A stretch of DNA of 63,712 nucleotides, filler included, from Reclinomonas americana ATCC 50394 (GCA_048213135.1; 31 parts of 31 records of this genome joined end to end with filler, not necessarily neighbours in it); one strand, 5' to 3'; counted from the first letter of the whole stretch, positions 1 to 11,525 are shown. Notes: generated by a model from the letters alone, not told the origin. Numbers and translations are program-made.

Positions 1-1198
1 GTGCTCCGGCGTTCACACCCTCGGTGATCACGTCGTCGTAGATCACGTCGAAGCAGATCGCGAGTCCCACGGGAACTCCGTCGACGTCGACCACGGGGGG
101 ATTCTCGCCGGGCGTGTACTCGCGCTGGATGAGTCCGATCAGGTCGGGCGCCAGCGCGTTGAAGAATGCCCGATCCGGTACGTACTCCCCGAACGGCACC
201 GGATGCCGCTTGTCGTGGAGGTGCGTCGCTCCCCCGGCATCCGTCCACAGCATCGATGTGTTGAAGTAGCGCTCGTTCCGCCCGGTCGCGGCGTTCGCGA
301 GCAGGGGCGCCCCGATCCGGGTCGTGATCAGCGTCATCCGTCGAGCCAGCGCCTCGTTCTGGAACGGGTCGGTGTCCAGCGACCCCTCCGGCCAGACCAG
401 CAGATCCACGTCCTCGCCGTAAAGGGGGGTCGTGGCCGCGGTCTGCGCGTCGATCACCGAGAACGGCTCGCGCTCGTCGAAGTAGCCGGTGGGACCGTTG
501 CCCTGTACGGCGGCGATGCGCATCGAACCGGCATCCGTCGTCGGGAACAACGGCGTGAAGAACAGGACGAGTACGAGCGCGGCGGGCACGAGGAGTCGCA
601 GAGGAGACCGCCATGCCCGCAGGCGGACCACCTCGATCAGCATGGCGACCAGGAGCACCATGAGGAATCCGAGGCCGCTGACGCCGAACCAGGACGACAG
701 CGGGGCCAGCGGGCTCTCCGCCTGACTCATGCCGATGCGCGCCCAGGGGAAGCCCCCGTACGGGAAGGAGCCGACGAAGACCTCCCGACCCACCCAGAGG
801 GCCGCGACCATGAGCGGGAGGCCCACGAGGCGTCCGGCTGTGCCCGGGAACGCACGCGGCATCCAGCGGTAGGCGAGCGCCGTCAGGATCAGTGCGACAG
901 CGGTGAGCCCGCCCTCGACCACGCTCAGCGCCGCCCACGGGATCGGCCCCAGATAACGCGAGGTGAAGGACACCAGGAAGCCGAACAGCACGATGCCGTA
1001 GACGAGCCCGACCAGCAGAGCACCCCCCGCACGCCGACCGATGAGCGCGACGAGCAGGAGGGCGGTAGCGGGGAACGCGAGCACCCAGATCGCTGTCTCC
1101 GGATAGGCGAGGTTCATCAGGAAGGCCGAGAGCGCAGCGGCGAGCAGAGCAGCCCAGAGCGGCAGGAGAGGGCGCTGGCGCGCCGGGGATTCAGACAT
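1..1198 (-). CDS. lnt: Apolipoprotein N-acyltransferase (3' end truncated)
   Basis: Not in the ORF track. Minus frame starts MSESPARQRPLLPLWAALL, has multiple TM segments, then VQGNGP, VWPEG, KRHPVPFGEYVP and GLAICFDVIYDD (nitrilase-fold Lnt motifs). Lies downstream of helY as in actinobacteria. Confidence 0.93.
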   Translation of the reverse strand, partial: MSESPARQRPLLPLWAALLAAALSAFLMNLAYPETAIWVLAFPATALLLVALIGRRAGGALLVGLVYGIVLFGFLVSFTSRYLGPIPWAALSVVEGGLTAVALILTALAYRWMPRAFPGTAGRLVGLPLMVAALWVGREVFVGSFPYGGFPWARIGMSQAESPLAPLSSWFGVSGLGFLMVLLVAMLIEVVRLRAWRSPLRLLVPAALVLVLFFTPLFPTTDAGSMRIAAVQGNGPTGYFDEREPFSVIDAQTAATTPLYGEDVDLLVWPEGSLDTDPFQNEALARRMTLITTRIGAPLLANAATGRNERYFNTSMLWTDAGGATHLHDKRHPVPFGEYVPDRAFFNALAPDLIGLIQREYTPGENPPVVDVDGVPVGLAICFDVIYDDVITEGVNAGA

Positions 1199-1209
1199 CC
1201 CTCTCATTC

Positions 1210-1425
1210 TCACATCGACGAGTAGGAGACGATTCCACGTCGCACGCCGTCGAGCGCCGTGCGAGCCGTCCGCGCGAGAGCACCGTCCTCCGCGACGATC
1301 GACAGCTGGTCGAGCAGATCGATCGTCTGCTTCGCCCAGCGCACGAAGTCACCCGCCGCCATGTCGGCGTCGATCAGGACGCGATCGAGCATGCCGCCGC
1401 GGGCCCAGGAGTGCATCGCGCCGGC
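1210..1425 (-). CDS. helY: Ski2-like RNA helicase HelY, C-terminal fragment
   Basis: DSHCT-type motif AGDFVRWAKQTIDLLDQL...VRRGIV; tatC-helY-lnt synteny. Confidence 0.88.
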   Translation of the reverse strand, partial: AGAMHSWARGGMLDRVLIDADMAAGDFVRWAKQTIDLLDQLSIVAEDGALARTARTALDGVRRGIVSYSSM

Positions 1426-1525
1426 NNNNNNNNNNNNNNNNNNNNNNNNNNNNNNNNNNNNNNNNNNNNTTAATTAATTAANNNNNNNNNNNNNNNNNNN
1501 NNNNNNNNNNNNNNNNNNNNNNNNN
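1426..1525. other. Artificial contig linker (first of 30)
   Basis: 44 N + TTAATTAATTAA (stops in all six frames) + 44 N. Recurs starting at 2607, 3709, 4865, 6585, 8161, 9888, 11526, 14187, 16290, 17942, 20376, 22223, 26401, 27605, 29405, 30667, 32659, 33905, 37960, 39081, 40628, 41856, 45828, 48536, 49783, 53692, 57592, 61480 and 62608. Confidence 0.99.
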
Positions 1526-2234
1526 GGATGCCGGCCAGCATCAGCATGCTGATCACGTCGGCAGCCGGTGTCGCCAGGGCCGCGAAGACCGTCGCGATGA
1601 TGATCGCGATGCGCCAGCCCTTGAGGATCGCGCGTCCGGACATGACCCCGGCGAAGTTCAACGCGACGAGGAACACCGGGAGCACGAAGGAGACGCCGAT
1701 CACGATCATCAGCTTGAAGATGAAGTCGTAGTACTCCTGCGCCTGGTAGAAGTTCGTCCCGCCTTCGGGCGTGAAGCCCCACATCAGCTCGATCACGTGC
1801 GGCATGATCACGATGCCGAGGTAGCACCCTGCGAAGAAGAGCGGCACGGCGGCGGCGATGAAGCCGATCGTGTACTTGATCTCCTTGCGGGTGAGCCCGG
1901 GCATGATGAACGCCCAGATCTGCCACAGCCATACGGGCGCGGAGATGAACAGGCCGATCGAGAAGGCGATCCGCATGCGCATGTCGAACGCGGCCGTCAC
2001 GGTGCCGAAGTTCAGCGCGCTGAAGTTGTCACCACGCTTCTCCATGATGACGCGGATGGGTTCCGTGATCAGGTGGATGACCGGATCGGCGATGATGAAC
2101 GCGACCACCATGCCGACGACGAGCGCGAGCGCCGCATACATCAGGCGTTTGCGCAGTTCGACGAGATGTGCGCCCAGCGACATCCGCCGATCCCGATCCG
2201 CCTTCTGCTTCACGGTCGGTTCGATGGTTGCCAC
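1526..2234 (-). CDS. tatC: Twin-arginine translocase subunit TatC (3' truncated)
   Basis: MSLGAHLVELRKRL, PVWLWQIWAFIMPGL, FAALATPAAD motifs. Confidence 0.96.
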
Positions 2235-2240
2235 GGTCGG

Positions 2241-2477
2241 TCAGGCGCGAGGCGGAGTCTCAGGGTCGACGCCGGAGTCCTTCACCGTGGTGGGCTCGGC
2301 GACGGCGGCGTCGGTGCGCGTCGCGTCCTCGTCCTTCATGGCCTTCATCTCGCCCTTGAAGACGCGGGCCGACTGGCCCATGCTCTTCGCGAGCGCCGGC
2401 AGCTTCGCAGCACCGAACAGAAGGAGGATCACGGCGAGCACGATGAGCAGGTGCCAGCCTTGCATTCCAGCGAACAT
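2241..2477 (-). CDS. tatA: Twin-arginine translocase subunit TatA
   Basis: MFAGMQGWHLLIVLAVILLLFGAAKLPALAKSMG (FGxxKLP motif); directly upstream of tatC. Confidence 0.95.
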   Translation of the reverse strand: MFAGMQGWHLLIVLAVILLLFGAAKLPALAKSMGQSARVFKGEMKAMKDEDATRTDAAVAEPTTVKDSGVDPETPPRA

Positions 2478-2706
2478 GTCAGGATTCCCGTCTTCGGTAA
2501 GCTTTCGCCCCAGTCTACAGATCAATCCTCGTGATCGGGGCGGTGATAGAGCGCGAGTCCGGATGCCGCCCACTCGCGGGTCGACGACCGCGCGACACCC
2601 GGCTCCNNNNNNNNNNNNNNNNNNNNNNNNNNNNNNNNNNNNNNNNNNNNTTAATTAATTAANNNNNNNNNNNNNNNNNNNNNNNNNNNNNNNNNNNNNN
2701 NNNNNN

Positions 2707-3708
2707 CTCTGGGTGAGAGCGGGCAGATGGCGTTCGAGGATGCCGTGCGTGCGCTGATCCGCGAGCAGGTCGACGACGGGCGAGCCGAGGTGCAGACCCC
2801 GGCTGTGCGCGAAGTCGCTCAACGGAGGCAGCGGCGCAGCCGCCGCCTCCGCGCGCGCACTCTGTGCCCGCACCAGCAGGTGCGAAGCATCCGGCGGAGC
2901 ATTCGTGGGAATGCCGAGACGCTCGAATTGGCTGTCGGGAGCATCGTGATCGTGCAGCAGTTCGGCCAGGAGGCGCAGCATCCGCAATTCCTGTTCGGGA
3001 TCATCGAGCGGGTTCTCCTGGGCAGGATCGTCCTCGAGGTCGAAGAGCAGGGTGCCGAACACGTGCGGATTGATCTGCGCGCGGCCCGGCATCCGCAGCG
3101 TGCGAACGCCCTTCGTGAACGAGAAGGGTGCGGCCAACTCGAGATCGAGCAGCTCGGCGGGGCGGAATCTCTGCCGCATGTGGGTCGGCATGAGCGTGTA
3201 CTCCTCGAGCGGCTCGTTGGAGGGCGTGGCGCACGCGCGCATGTAGACGAAGCGACCATCGGTGACGTTGACGTGACCTCCGTGGATCCCGAACAGCGCC
3301 CCTGGTCGCGGCTCGTCGCCGGCACCATCGGCATCGGCGGTGATGGCCGATCCCGACATGTCCGTCGTCGGAGCGACCGCGAAGTAGTCGAGGATCGTCG
3401 GCGCGATGTCGATCGTCTGCACCAGTGCCTCGCTGCGGGTGCCGGCGGATCGTGTCCGCGGATCCCAGATGAAAGCGGGGAGGTGGACGAGTTCGTTGAA
3501 CCACGGCTGCACGCTCTTGGCCCACCAGCCGTGCTCTCCGAGGAGGAAGCCGTGGTCGGTGTTGACGATGAGCATGGTGTCGTCCCACATGTCGTGCTCA
3601 TCCATCAGATCGAGGATGCGCCCGAGGGATCGGTCGCACATCGACACGAGCGCCTTGTACTCGTTCCTGGCGTGTTCGACCTGCGCCGCCGGTTCCGTCA
3701 CCTTCGCA
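2707..3708 (-). CDS. Sulfatase-family hydrolase (internal fragment)
   Basis: DTMLIVNTDHGFLLGEHG, DIAPTILD, LFDLEDDPAQENPL. Confidence 0.88.
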
Positions 3709-3808
3709 NNNNNNNNNNNNNNNNNNNNNNNNNNNNNNNNNNNNNNNNNNNNTTAATTAATTAANNNNNNNNNNNNNNNNNNNNNNNNNNNNNNNNNNNN
3801 NNNNNNNN

Positions 3809-4089
3809 AAACGCGACGGCGGTGAGTAGTCGCCGGTGAGCCAATCGAGGAAGACGGTCATCCCCTCCGGCGTCACCTGGTAGATCTTGGCGTCCTGGGC
3901 ACCGGGCCGGGTGTCCGTGGTGTAGCTCACCCAGCCTCGGTCCCCCATGGTGGACAGGCTTCGGTAGACCTGGCTCATGGTGGTGTTGGACCGCAGGAAT
4001 CGGCCGTGCACGTCGAGGAACTTCTTGATCTCGTACCCGGTGCCGGGATTCTCGCCCAACAGCCCGAGGAGCAGGTATTCCAACTTCAT
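3809..4089 (-). CDS. PadR-family transcriptional regulator (3' truncated)
   Basis: LLLGLL..PGTGYEIKK...SQVYRSL...AKIYQVTPEG. Confidence 0.9.
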
Positions 4090-4172
4090 TGTCGCATCCG
4101 ATCGATTCCACAAGTAGAGTGCTTTCACACATGATGACACAAGTGGAATAGTCCGTCAATGAGGAGACCACG

Positions 4173-4864
4173 ATGACCCGAGCAACCGTGCCCACGCGCT
4201 TCGCCAACCCCCTGGACCTGGCATACGCGGTGCAGGATCAGTCATTCGGACCGTTCCGGCGCCGGGTCAACCGGGAGGCTGCCGACCCATCGGTGGTCCT
4301 CTTCCGAGACCGCTTCTACCTGTTCGCGTCGATGTCAGGTGGCTTCTGGCACTCGGAAGACCTCGCCGGGTGGGAATTCATGCCGACGCCCGGACTTCCC
4401 GTCTACGACTACGCGCCGGACGTACGAGTGATCGACGATCGAGTCGTGATGTGCGCGTCGCGCCGGAGCTCCCCCGCATCGTTCTATCACTCCGAGGACC
4501 CGCTCGGCGGGCGATGGACCGAGATCCCCGGTACTCGCGGGTTCTGGGATCCGCACCTCTTCCAGGACGATGACGGCCGTGTGTATCTCTACCAGGGGTG
4601 CTCTTCTCGAACGCCGATCGACGCCGTCGAAGTCGATCGCTCGACATTCGAATCCCTCGAGGAGCCGATCCCGGTGATCTCGAGCGACATCAGCACCCGA
4701 GGCTGGGAACGCCGAGGCGAGAGCTACGACGCGTCGACCATCCGCGACCATCCGCTTCTGAAGTGGCGACTCGGCACAGGCCCGTACATCGAGGGTCCAT
4801 GGATGACGAAGCACGACGGCGTCTACTACCTTCAGTACTCGGCCCCGGGCACGCGGCTGAACAC
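4173..4864 (+). CDS. GH43 family glycoside hydrolase (3' truncated)
   Basis: READPSVV, YAPDV, WDPHLFQDDDGRVYLY, YIEGPWMTKHDGVYYLQYSAPGT; RBS GAGGAG upstream. Confidence 0.9.
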
Positions 4865-4964
4865 NNNNNNNNNNNNNNNNNNNNNNNNNNNNNNNNNNNN
4901 NNNNNNNNTTAATTAATTAANNNNNNNNNNNNNNNNNNNNNNNNNNNNNNNNNNNNNNNNNNNN

Positions 4965-6300
4965 CCTGCGTGATGCTCAGGCTGCCCGGAACGTACACGA
5001 CGCCGGTCGGAAGCCGATCGCGGAGGATGCTGAGCGTGCTGGCTTCGGACCCGGTCGACTGCACCGCGAGCCGGTACGTCAGGAAGTCGCCGGGTCGGAC
5101 GGCGCCGCCGTTCTCATCCGTGACGGTCTTGTCGGCCGTGACGGATGCGAGGTAGTTGTCGACCGCGATCCCGATGACCGCCGGGAACTCGAACTCGTTC
5201 GAACCGCGAGCATCGAACACGGCGATGGCCGAGGTCTGACTGTTGCCGATGGCATTGCGCGTCGATGTCACCTTGGCGTCGACGGAGAAGTTGTTCGCGT
5301 AGGCCGGATTGCTCGGCGGCTGCACGCCCAGGTTGCGGATGCTCGCATTGGCGTAGTCGTTCGCGATGGGACCGGGGTTGGCGATCTTCGTCTGGGAGGC
5401 GAGCGTGTTCCCGACCGACACCGAGTCGGTGAACCCGGCGTCCGCGTCATAGATCACGGTGGCGATGTCGGCCCGCACGTTCCCGACGGGCGGAGTGCGG
5501 AATCCGCCGAACGTGATCGCCGTCGTCCCGCCCGTCTGCTGTGCGACGAGGCCGTCGTTGATCACGACCTGGCGGTTGACGTCGCCCGGGACGGAATACA
5601 CGACCATCATCGACCAGCCCGCCACCCCGTAGATGTCCATGCCGCGCGCGCTGGGCGATGCCGTGTACGTGCCGGATCCCTGCGCCTGAACGAGAGCCGT
5701 CACGTCGGCGAAGTGGCTGAACATGGCGGCGTTGCCGCCGAGCGGCGCCGAATCCGTCGTCGTCGCGGGGAATGCCTCGTACGCGATGCCCGCGGAGCCC
5801 GGCCCATCGATCGAGATGCGGGGGATCGCCGAGGGATAGGACGTCCAGTACGCGCCCGCCCAGGCGACCTGGGCACCGGCCGGGAGCTGGAGGTCCGATG
5901 ACGACGAGAGGTTGGTGCCGACGTTCACCCCGTCGACGTCGACATCGATCGTGTTCCGGGAGCCGCCCGCGGGGCTGTTCGAGTTGAACGTGAGGTCCCC
6001 GGTGGTGACTCCGTAGTTCCGCGCGCTCGCACACGAGCTCGCCGCCCAGCCCACCGTCGTGCTGCAGGTCGACCAGGCGTTCCCGAGCACGCGGATCGTT
6101 CCGCCCTCGAGGTTGTCGCTGTAGCGCACGCTCATTCCCCGCACCGCCGCTTCGGCCGGCGCGGGCGCATCGAAGACGATCAGACCGCCGACGACGACCG
6201 CTGTCGCCAGTATGAGCGCCGCAACGCGACGGAACGCGCTCCGATGCTGCGCGCGCCCGGCGATGCGCTCTCGACCCGACATCCGAAGACGCATCGACAT
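4965..6300 (-). CDS. Secreted/surface protein entering a DUF11-type repeat (3' truncated)
   Basis: GAGGGGG RBS, long signal peptide ending AEAA, SSSSDLQLPAGAQVAWAGAYW, then KTVTDENGGAVRPGDFLTYRL...DRLPTGVVYVPGS (DUF11-like). Confidence 0.78.
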
Positions 6301-6452
6301 CCCCCTCTGATGGCACCAGAGACGATCGACTCTCAGCGGATCAGCACTTTGACGCGTGACATCCTTAGGCTCTCCCGTCGCTTTCCGGCGCACAAGAAAA
6401 ATGATTTATGTACCATCTGCGCCGCGTGTTGCCCACCGCGGGCCGAGAACGA

Positions 6453-6487
6453 CGAAGTGCCCGCCGCCTCTCGGCGCGGGCACTTCG
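6453..6487 (-). terminator. Intrinsic terminator-like hairpin
   Basis: CGAAGTGCCCGC...GCGGGCACTTCG inverted repeat about 10 bp after the stop at 6498. Confidence 0.7.
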
Positions 6488-6497
6488 GAACGCGGGC

Positions 6498-6584
6498 TCA
6501 CTCGTAGGTGGCGAGCCTCATGGTCGCGGTCGCGCTGTGCGCGGCCATGCCCTCGGAGTCGGAGATGACCTGCACGGCGTTCGC
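6498..6584 (-). CDS. C-terminus of a histidinol dehydrogenase-like protein
   Basis: ANAVQVISDSEGMAAHSATATMRLATYE* matches the HisD EGxxAH C-terminal motif; only 28 aa visible. Confidence 0.6.
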   Translation of the reverse strand, partial: ANAVQVISDSEGMAAHSATATMRLATYE

Positions 6585-6684
6585 NNNNNNNNNNNNNNNN
6601 NNNNNNNNNNNNNNNNNNNNNNNNNNNNTTAATTAATTAANNNNNNNNNNNNNNNNNNNNNNNNNNNNNNNNNNNNNNNNNNNN

Positions 6685-8160
6685 CAGGCATGAGCTCGAG
6701 CGTGTGCGTCAAGTTCGACGTGGCTAATACCAGTGGCGAGGGCACCAGCTCCACTGGTCTGTATGTCAATGGTGCCGCACCGACAAACACCGGCTCGATC
6801 AATCTGACAAGCAGCAGCATCACCCTCGGTAACGGCAATGTGATGAACGTCAGCATGACGTACAACGGCACCACGTTGTCGGTCACCATCACCGATAGCA
6901 CCACGTTGGCGACTGCCACGCAGTCGTATACTGTCGACATTCCGGCCACCGTGGGCGCCAGCTCAGCATGGGTCGGCTTCACGGCAGGCTCATCGTTGTC
7001 GGGCAGTGTTGTGTACACGCTGTCGTCATTCACATTCGCCGACCAAGCAGCGTCCACTGTGGTGACAGGTCTGCCGGCCATTGCCGTATTGAATGTGGGT
7101 GCGACGGCGCTGACACCAACAGTGTTGACACTGGCGACTGCCACCACGGTGACTTTGTCGGGCAACCAACTGGCGACTGGCGACACGGTCAAGGTGGTGC
7201 CGAACTCGCTGCAGGTTGCCGGCTCTCTGCTGGTGTCGATCGATGCCAGCACGCTGCCACTCGGTGCAGTGACGACGGTATCGAATAGTGGCACGTTGGG
7301 TGGCACCTTCACCGCGGCCGGCAGCACAATGACGGTGGCGGAGCAGTTTGCGGTGCGTGGACTCGTGTTTAACGGCACTGCGTACATGGCGCATTCCGTC
7401 GCGACACCACCGACGACGCTGGTAGGCAGCAAACCGTCGTTCACGATTGAAGTGTGGGCCTTCAATCCGACTGTTGAGTCTGTGGAATGGTTGGTTTCGT
7501 GGGGCGTTCGATTGACCTACAGCCAGATCTCTTTCGGCGCCGGTTCCCACACGGGTTGGGGGGCGGTGTCTCATTTCAACAGCGATGTAATTTGGAGTGC
7601 TGGAGGACCGCCGACAGCGAACGCCTGGCACCTGTTGACGTACACGTCGGATGGCACGACGGATAGAATTTACATTGATGGCGTGCTGTCCAACACCGCT
7701 ACGCAGGTGTCGCTTGTCATCAGCAGCGCGGTACCGATTACACTCGGATCACAGTACGACTCAAGCGGAGTGGCATATGCTGTTGGGCGCCCAACGCTCA
7801 CCATGGCTCGTATCCGTATCCACAGCGGTGCTCTCTCTGCTGCGCAAGTGCTTGCCAACTTTCAGCAGGAGCAGTGTGTGTTCCTGTCGGCAGTGGTTGT
7901 CGGCGGCAGTCCCTTGTCGGTGGCCACTGCCGGCACGCTGTTGGTCTCCATGGACGCCACTGGACTGGCGCTGGGTTCTGTTAGCACAGTCAGCAACACT
8001 GGATCACTGGGCGGTGTCTTCACGGCGACAGCGAGCACCGTGACTGTGGAGCTGACGAACGGTGCTCGTGGTCTGCAGTTTGACGGGACGGCATACATGC
8101 CACTGTCGGTAAGCACGCCTGCGTCGCTGAAAGGCTTGCGTCCGGTTCTCTCGATCGAGG
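6685..8160 (+). CDS. Fragment of a large surface protein: L-type lectin domain, partial Ig-like repeat, and LamG/concanavalin-like domains (second one partial)
   Basis: VKFD..N..GEG...TGLY...YNGTTLSVTITD...AWVGFTAG (legume-lectin-like); FTIEVW...WHLLTYTSDGTTDRIYIDGV...RIHSGALS (LamG); LLVSIDA/LLVSMDA domain start repeated. Open across the whole contig. Confidence 0.8.
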
Positions 8161-8260
8161 NNNNNNNNNNNNNNNNNNNNNNNNNNNNNNNNNNNNNNNN
8201 NNNNTTAATTAATTAANNNNNNNNNNNNNNNNNNNNNNNNNNNNNNNNNNNNNNNNNNNN

Positions 8261-9887
8261 CGTACCAGTCAATTGTTCTCGTCAGCAACAGCAGCTTGTG
8301 GGTGCTACTCGATGTGTCGAGCACGGCTGCTGGCACGTATGCCATGTGCATCCGGGATCGGCCAGCCGGAGTGTACGTGCTGGCCGGGTCGGTGACCGTC
8401 GGTAAGTTGTCGTTACAGGGCAGAAAGAAGAGAGGAGCAGGGAAAGGGAGAAGCGATGGTAGAAGGCAAAGGTAGACGGTGCAATAGAAGATATGGAGTT
8501 TGGGGACAGAGGCACAGAAAGAGTGAGAGCGATTGCTTCAGAAAGTGTTGATGACTGCTTATTGGTGGTCATGTCGCGCGCATCGTCGTGTTTGTGGGGC
8601 ATTGAAAGAGTGAGGGCAGAAGAATGCAGTGTTCAGAATGCGTTGGTGACTGCTTATTGGTAGTTTTGTCACGCGCACTTTCATGGAAGAGGAGGGAAAA
8701 GAAATAGGAGACTAAGGTACGGAGAGAAACAGACGGCATGTGGCAGAGGAGAAGGAGAGTGATGACTGCAGATTTGTATGCAATGCATGTTGTTAGTGCT
8801 GCATGGCGACGTCATTCTCTGCCCTCTCCACCTTCCCCTGACATTGTTTTTGCTGCCTCGCTGCAGTGCAAGCCACCATGTCAGTATCGACAATTTCAGC
8901 GGCCGCTGCTCAGGCCATTGCACTCACGGGCGGCAGCATGAACAACACCAGCGCCGACGCCGTGGCATTCATCGTGTCGGCTGACTGCACTGCGGCGTCG
9001 CCAGCAGTGGTTGCGTCGACCAGCGTGAGTGCGACGTTTGTGAGTGCCGCGAGTATCAATCTCTCCGTGAACGCCACCGGTGCCACTGCTGGAGCGTACT
9101 CGCTGTGCGTACGCTGGACATCCGGCAGTGCGTACCAGTCGCTCGGATCGCTGTCCATTGGTAGAGACGATGATGCGTGCGTGTACGGTTTGTTGATGTG
9201 AGCTGCTCATTCTGCTCTGCAGGCAATGCTGCTCCCACCGACATTGCGCTTTCGAGTCTCACGTACGCCGTTCCGACCACGATGAACGCCGTGGTGGGCA
9301 CACTGTCGACCACAGACGCGAACGCCGGCCAGACATTTACATACACAATTGTGGGCGGCGCCAATGCGACAGCATTTGCCATCGTCGGGTCGCAGTTGCA
9401 AGTGCAGACGGGTGGTCTGGTCGACCGGCAACTGCGAGTGACGATTCGCAGTACCGACAATGGCACGCCCGCGGCGTCGATCACCAAGTCATTTGTTCTC
9501 GCTTCAGGTGCAGTATGCGCAGGGGGTGGGATGCGAGGAGAACACACTCTTGTTTGACGACCTCACCACAGCTGCATCGCCGAGTACCGGTTGTCCGTGT
9601 CAGCGGAGTTCTGCAGTTGACCCACCAGGTTTGCTTTCATTACTGCTGCCGACTCTGCCCTTCCTTTTCTTACTTTGGCACTATGGTGTGCCTCGCAGTC
9701 GGCCTGGAGGTGTGTCAGTTGGAGAATGTGGATCGTCCGGGCAATGTATACGCCGCGCACAACGTGAGCAGCGCGAGTGCGTGCTGCATGAAATGCGATG
9801 GCGACGCTGCTTGTCAGGCGTGGGTGTTCCTGGATGCCGCTGCTGCGTCGAATACGACCGGAAAGTCACTGTGTCACCTCAAGGTCT
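8261..9887 (+). CDS. Eukaryotic multi-exon surface protein: Ig-like repeats + cadherin domain + PAN/Apple domain
   Basis: Exons <8261-8401, 8867-9160, 9223-9507 (NAAPTDIALS...VGTLSTTDANAGQTFTYTI...FAI...VTIRSTDNGTP, cadherin-like) and 9699->9887 (ENVDRPGN...CCMKCDGDAACQAWVF...CHLK, PAN). All introns GT-AG, phase 1. Confidence 0.8.
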
Positions 9888-9992
9888 NNNNNNNNNNNNN
9901 NNNNNNNNNNNNNNNNNNNNNNNNNNNNNNNTTAATTAATTAANNNNNNNNNNNNNNNNNNNNNNNNNNNNNNNNNNNNNNNNNNNNTGCAG

Positions 9993-11525
9993 TGACTGCG
10001 GTGTCGGTAGTGCCGGTCGTGCTGCCTGTATTTTCCGCTCTCGGCACGGAAGTTGTAATCTCCATTCAAGGGTATGGAATGCAAGACGCGGACCTATTGC
10101 TGCTAGTCAGCAGCACCGCGTCGTGTACCGCCGGCGCGCCACCGCCAAATCTCATCGGCTTCACCATGACACGCCCGTCGCCGTCACTGTATGAGATTTC
10201 CATTGGACTGCAGGTACCACTTGCAGTTGCCGGCACCTACAAGTTGCGTCGTGGTGTCCATCCTCCCGCCAGCGTCCGCACCTTGTTGCTAAAGGCACTA
10301 TGGCAGACTGTGTGTGCGACCGGGCGGTGTCAGTCCGCTGTTACAGTTCGGCGATGTGGCTGGCCAGCAAATTCTCACGTTTGGTATGTGTGTGGTGTGT
10401 TATTGTGGACAACTCTGGTGTCACGGAATCTCACGCCTGCCCCTCTCTCACCAAGTTCGCACCGTGTCCATGTCGCCGACTCTGTTGGTGGCCGACAGCG
10501 TGGCGAAGCGGGTGACGATCTCTGGCTACGGCATGGACGCCAGTCTGGAGTACTTTGTCGTGGTGCGCGACTCGGCGTCGTGCTCGGACAGACCTCCCAT
10601 GGCGGTGGGGCAGGCCGTCACCGTGCCGGCGTTGAGCAGCAGCAACGCGTTGATGCTGGATGTCAGTGTGCCTTCTACGACCGCCCAAGCGGGCACCGGT
10701 CTCCAGCTGTGTGTGCGATACTGGCCCGTGGACGGCACCGAGTACGATTACTTTCCCTTTGACTCGGTTGCCAGCAATCGATTCTCAGTTGGTGAGGTCG
10801 CGGCTACGTGCCACTGGCCTCTTGTATCGTCTCACCAACTCTCTGTGGTGTGTGCGCTCACAGTTGCACCGTGGTTCGTGGCACCGGTGCGCATTCCCGT
10901 GTTGCTGACGGTGCTCGGCAGCGAATCGATCGTGCTCACCATTGTCGGCGGCAACATGCCGCTCGGTGGTTCATACGCACTCGTATCCGGCGCCAACACG
11001 TGCTCACCACTGCCGCCGAACGTGCCGCCCACTGCCTGCCCAACGACGTGGACCGAGACCGTGAATGGCGACGGCACCACCACCACGCAACTGAGCGTCA
11101 CCGTACCCATGCCAGGCTCGGCCGGGGCCGGTGGCTACCACTTGTGCTACCGACCACTCACTGCCGACCTCAGCGTGCAGTGGGGCGCCGTCATGGACGA
11201 TGCTGTGATTAATCTCGGTTCGTGCAACGGCGGATTGTCGCCAACGTAATGTTCTTTTCCCACATCATCCTTGTGCTCGTGCTCGTGTCTGCAGTTCATG
11301 TGCACGACATTGTCGGTGCGTTGGTGGCAGATGGGGCGGTGCACACGGTGCGCGTTCGAGGCGTGAACCTGCTGGAGACGCGGGAGGCGTTCCGCATGGT
11401 GTCGGCGGGTGGGTCGTGCCTCACGGATCCGTCGGTTGGGTTTGTCGGCATGCCCACTTTGGCGGCGGTGGATGTGATGGAGGTGCGGAGGGGGAGAAGG
11501 GGAAACGGGGAAGGGGGAAGAAGGG
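9993..11525 (+). CDS. Eukaryotic multi-exon surface protein, Ig/IPT-like two-Cys repeats
   Basis: Exons include 9993-~10242 + ~10306-10383, 10456-10791, 10864-11217 and ~11295 onward; each module ends with a LCVR/LCYR motif. Confidence 0.75.

Noticed and set aside
203..1225. 340-aa plus-strand ORF and many similar Arg/Pro-rich ORFs in the track
   Set aside because: Shadow frames of real opposite-strand genes (here lnt) in high-GC DNA.
6585..6684. Bacterial genes next to eukaryotic genes as evidence of HGT or a chimeric locus
   Set aside because: Every such junction is a linker, so there is no physical adjacency.
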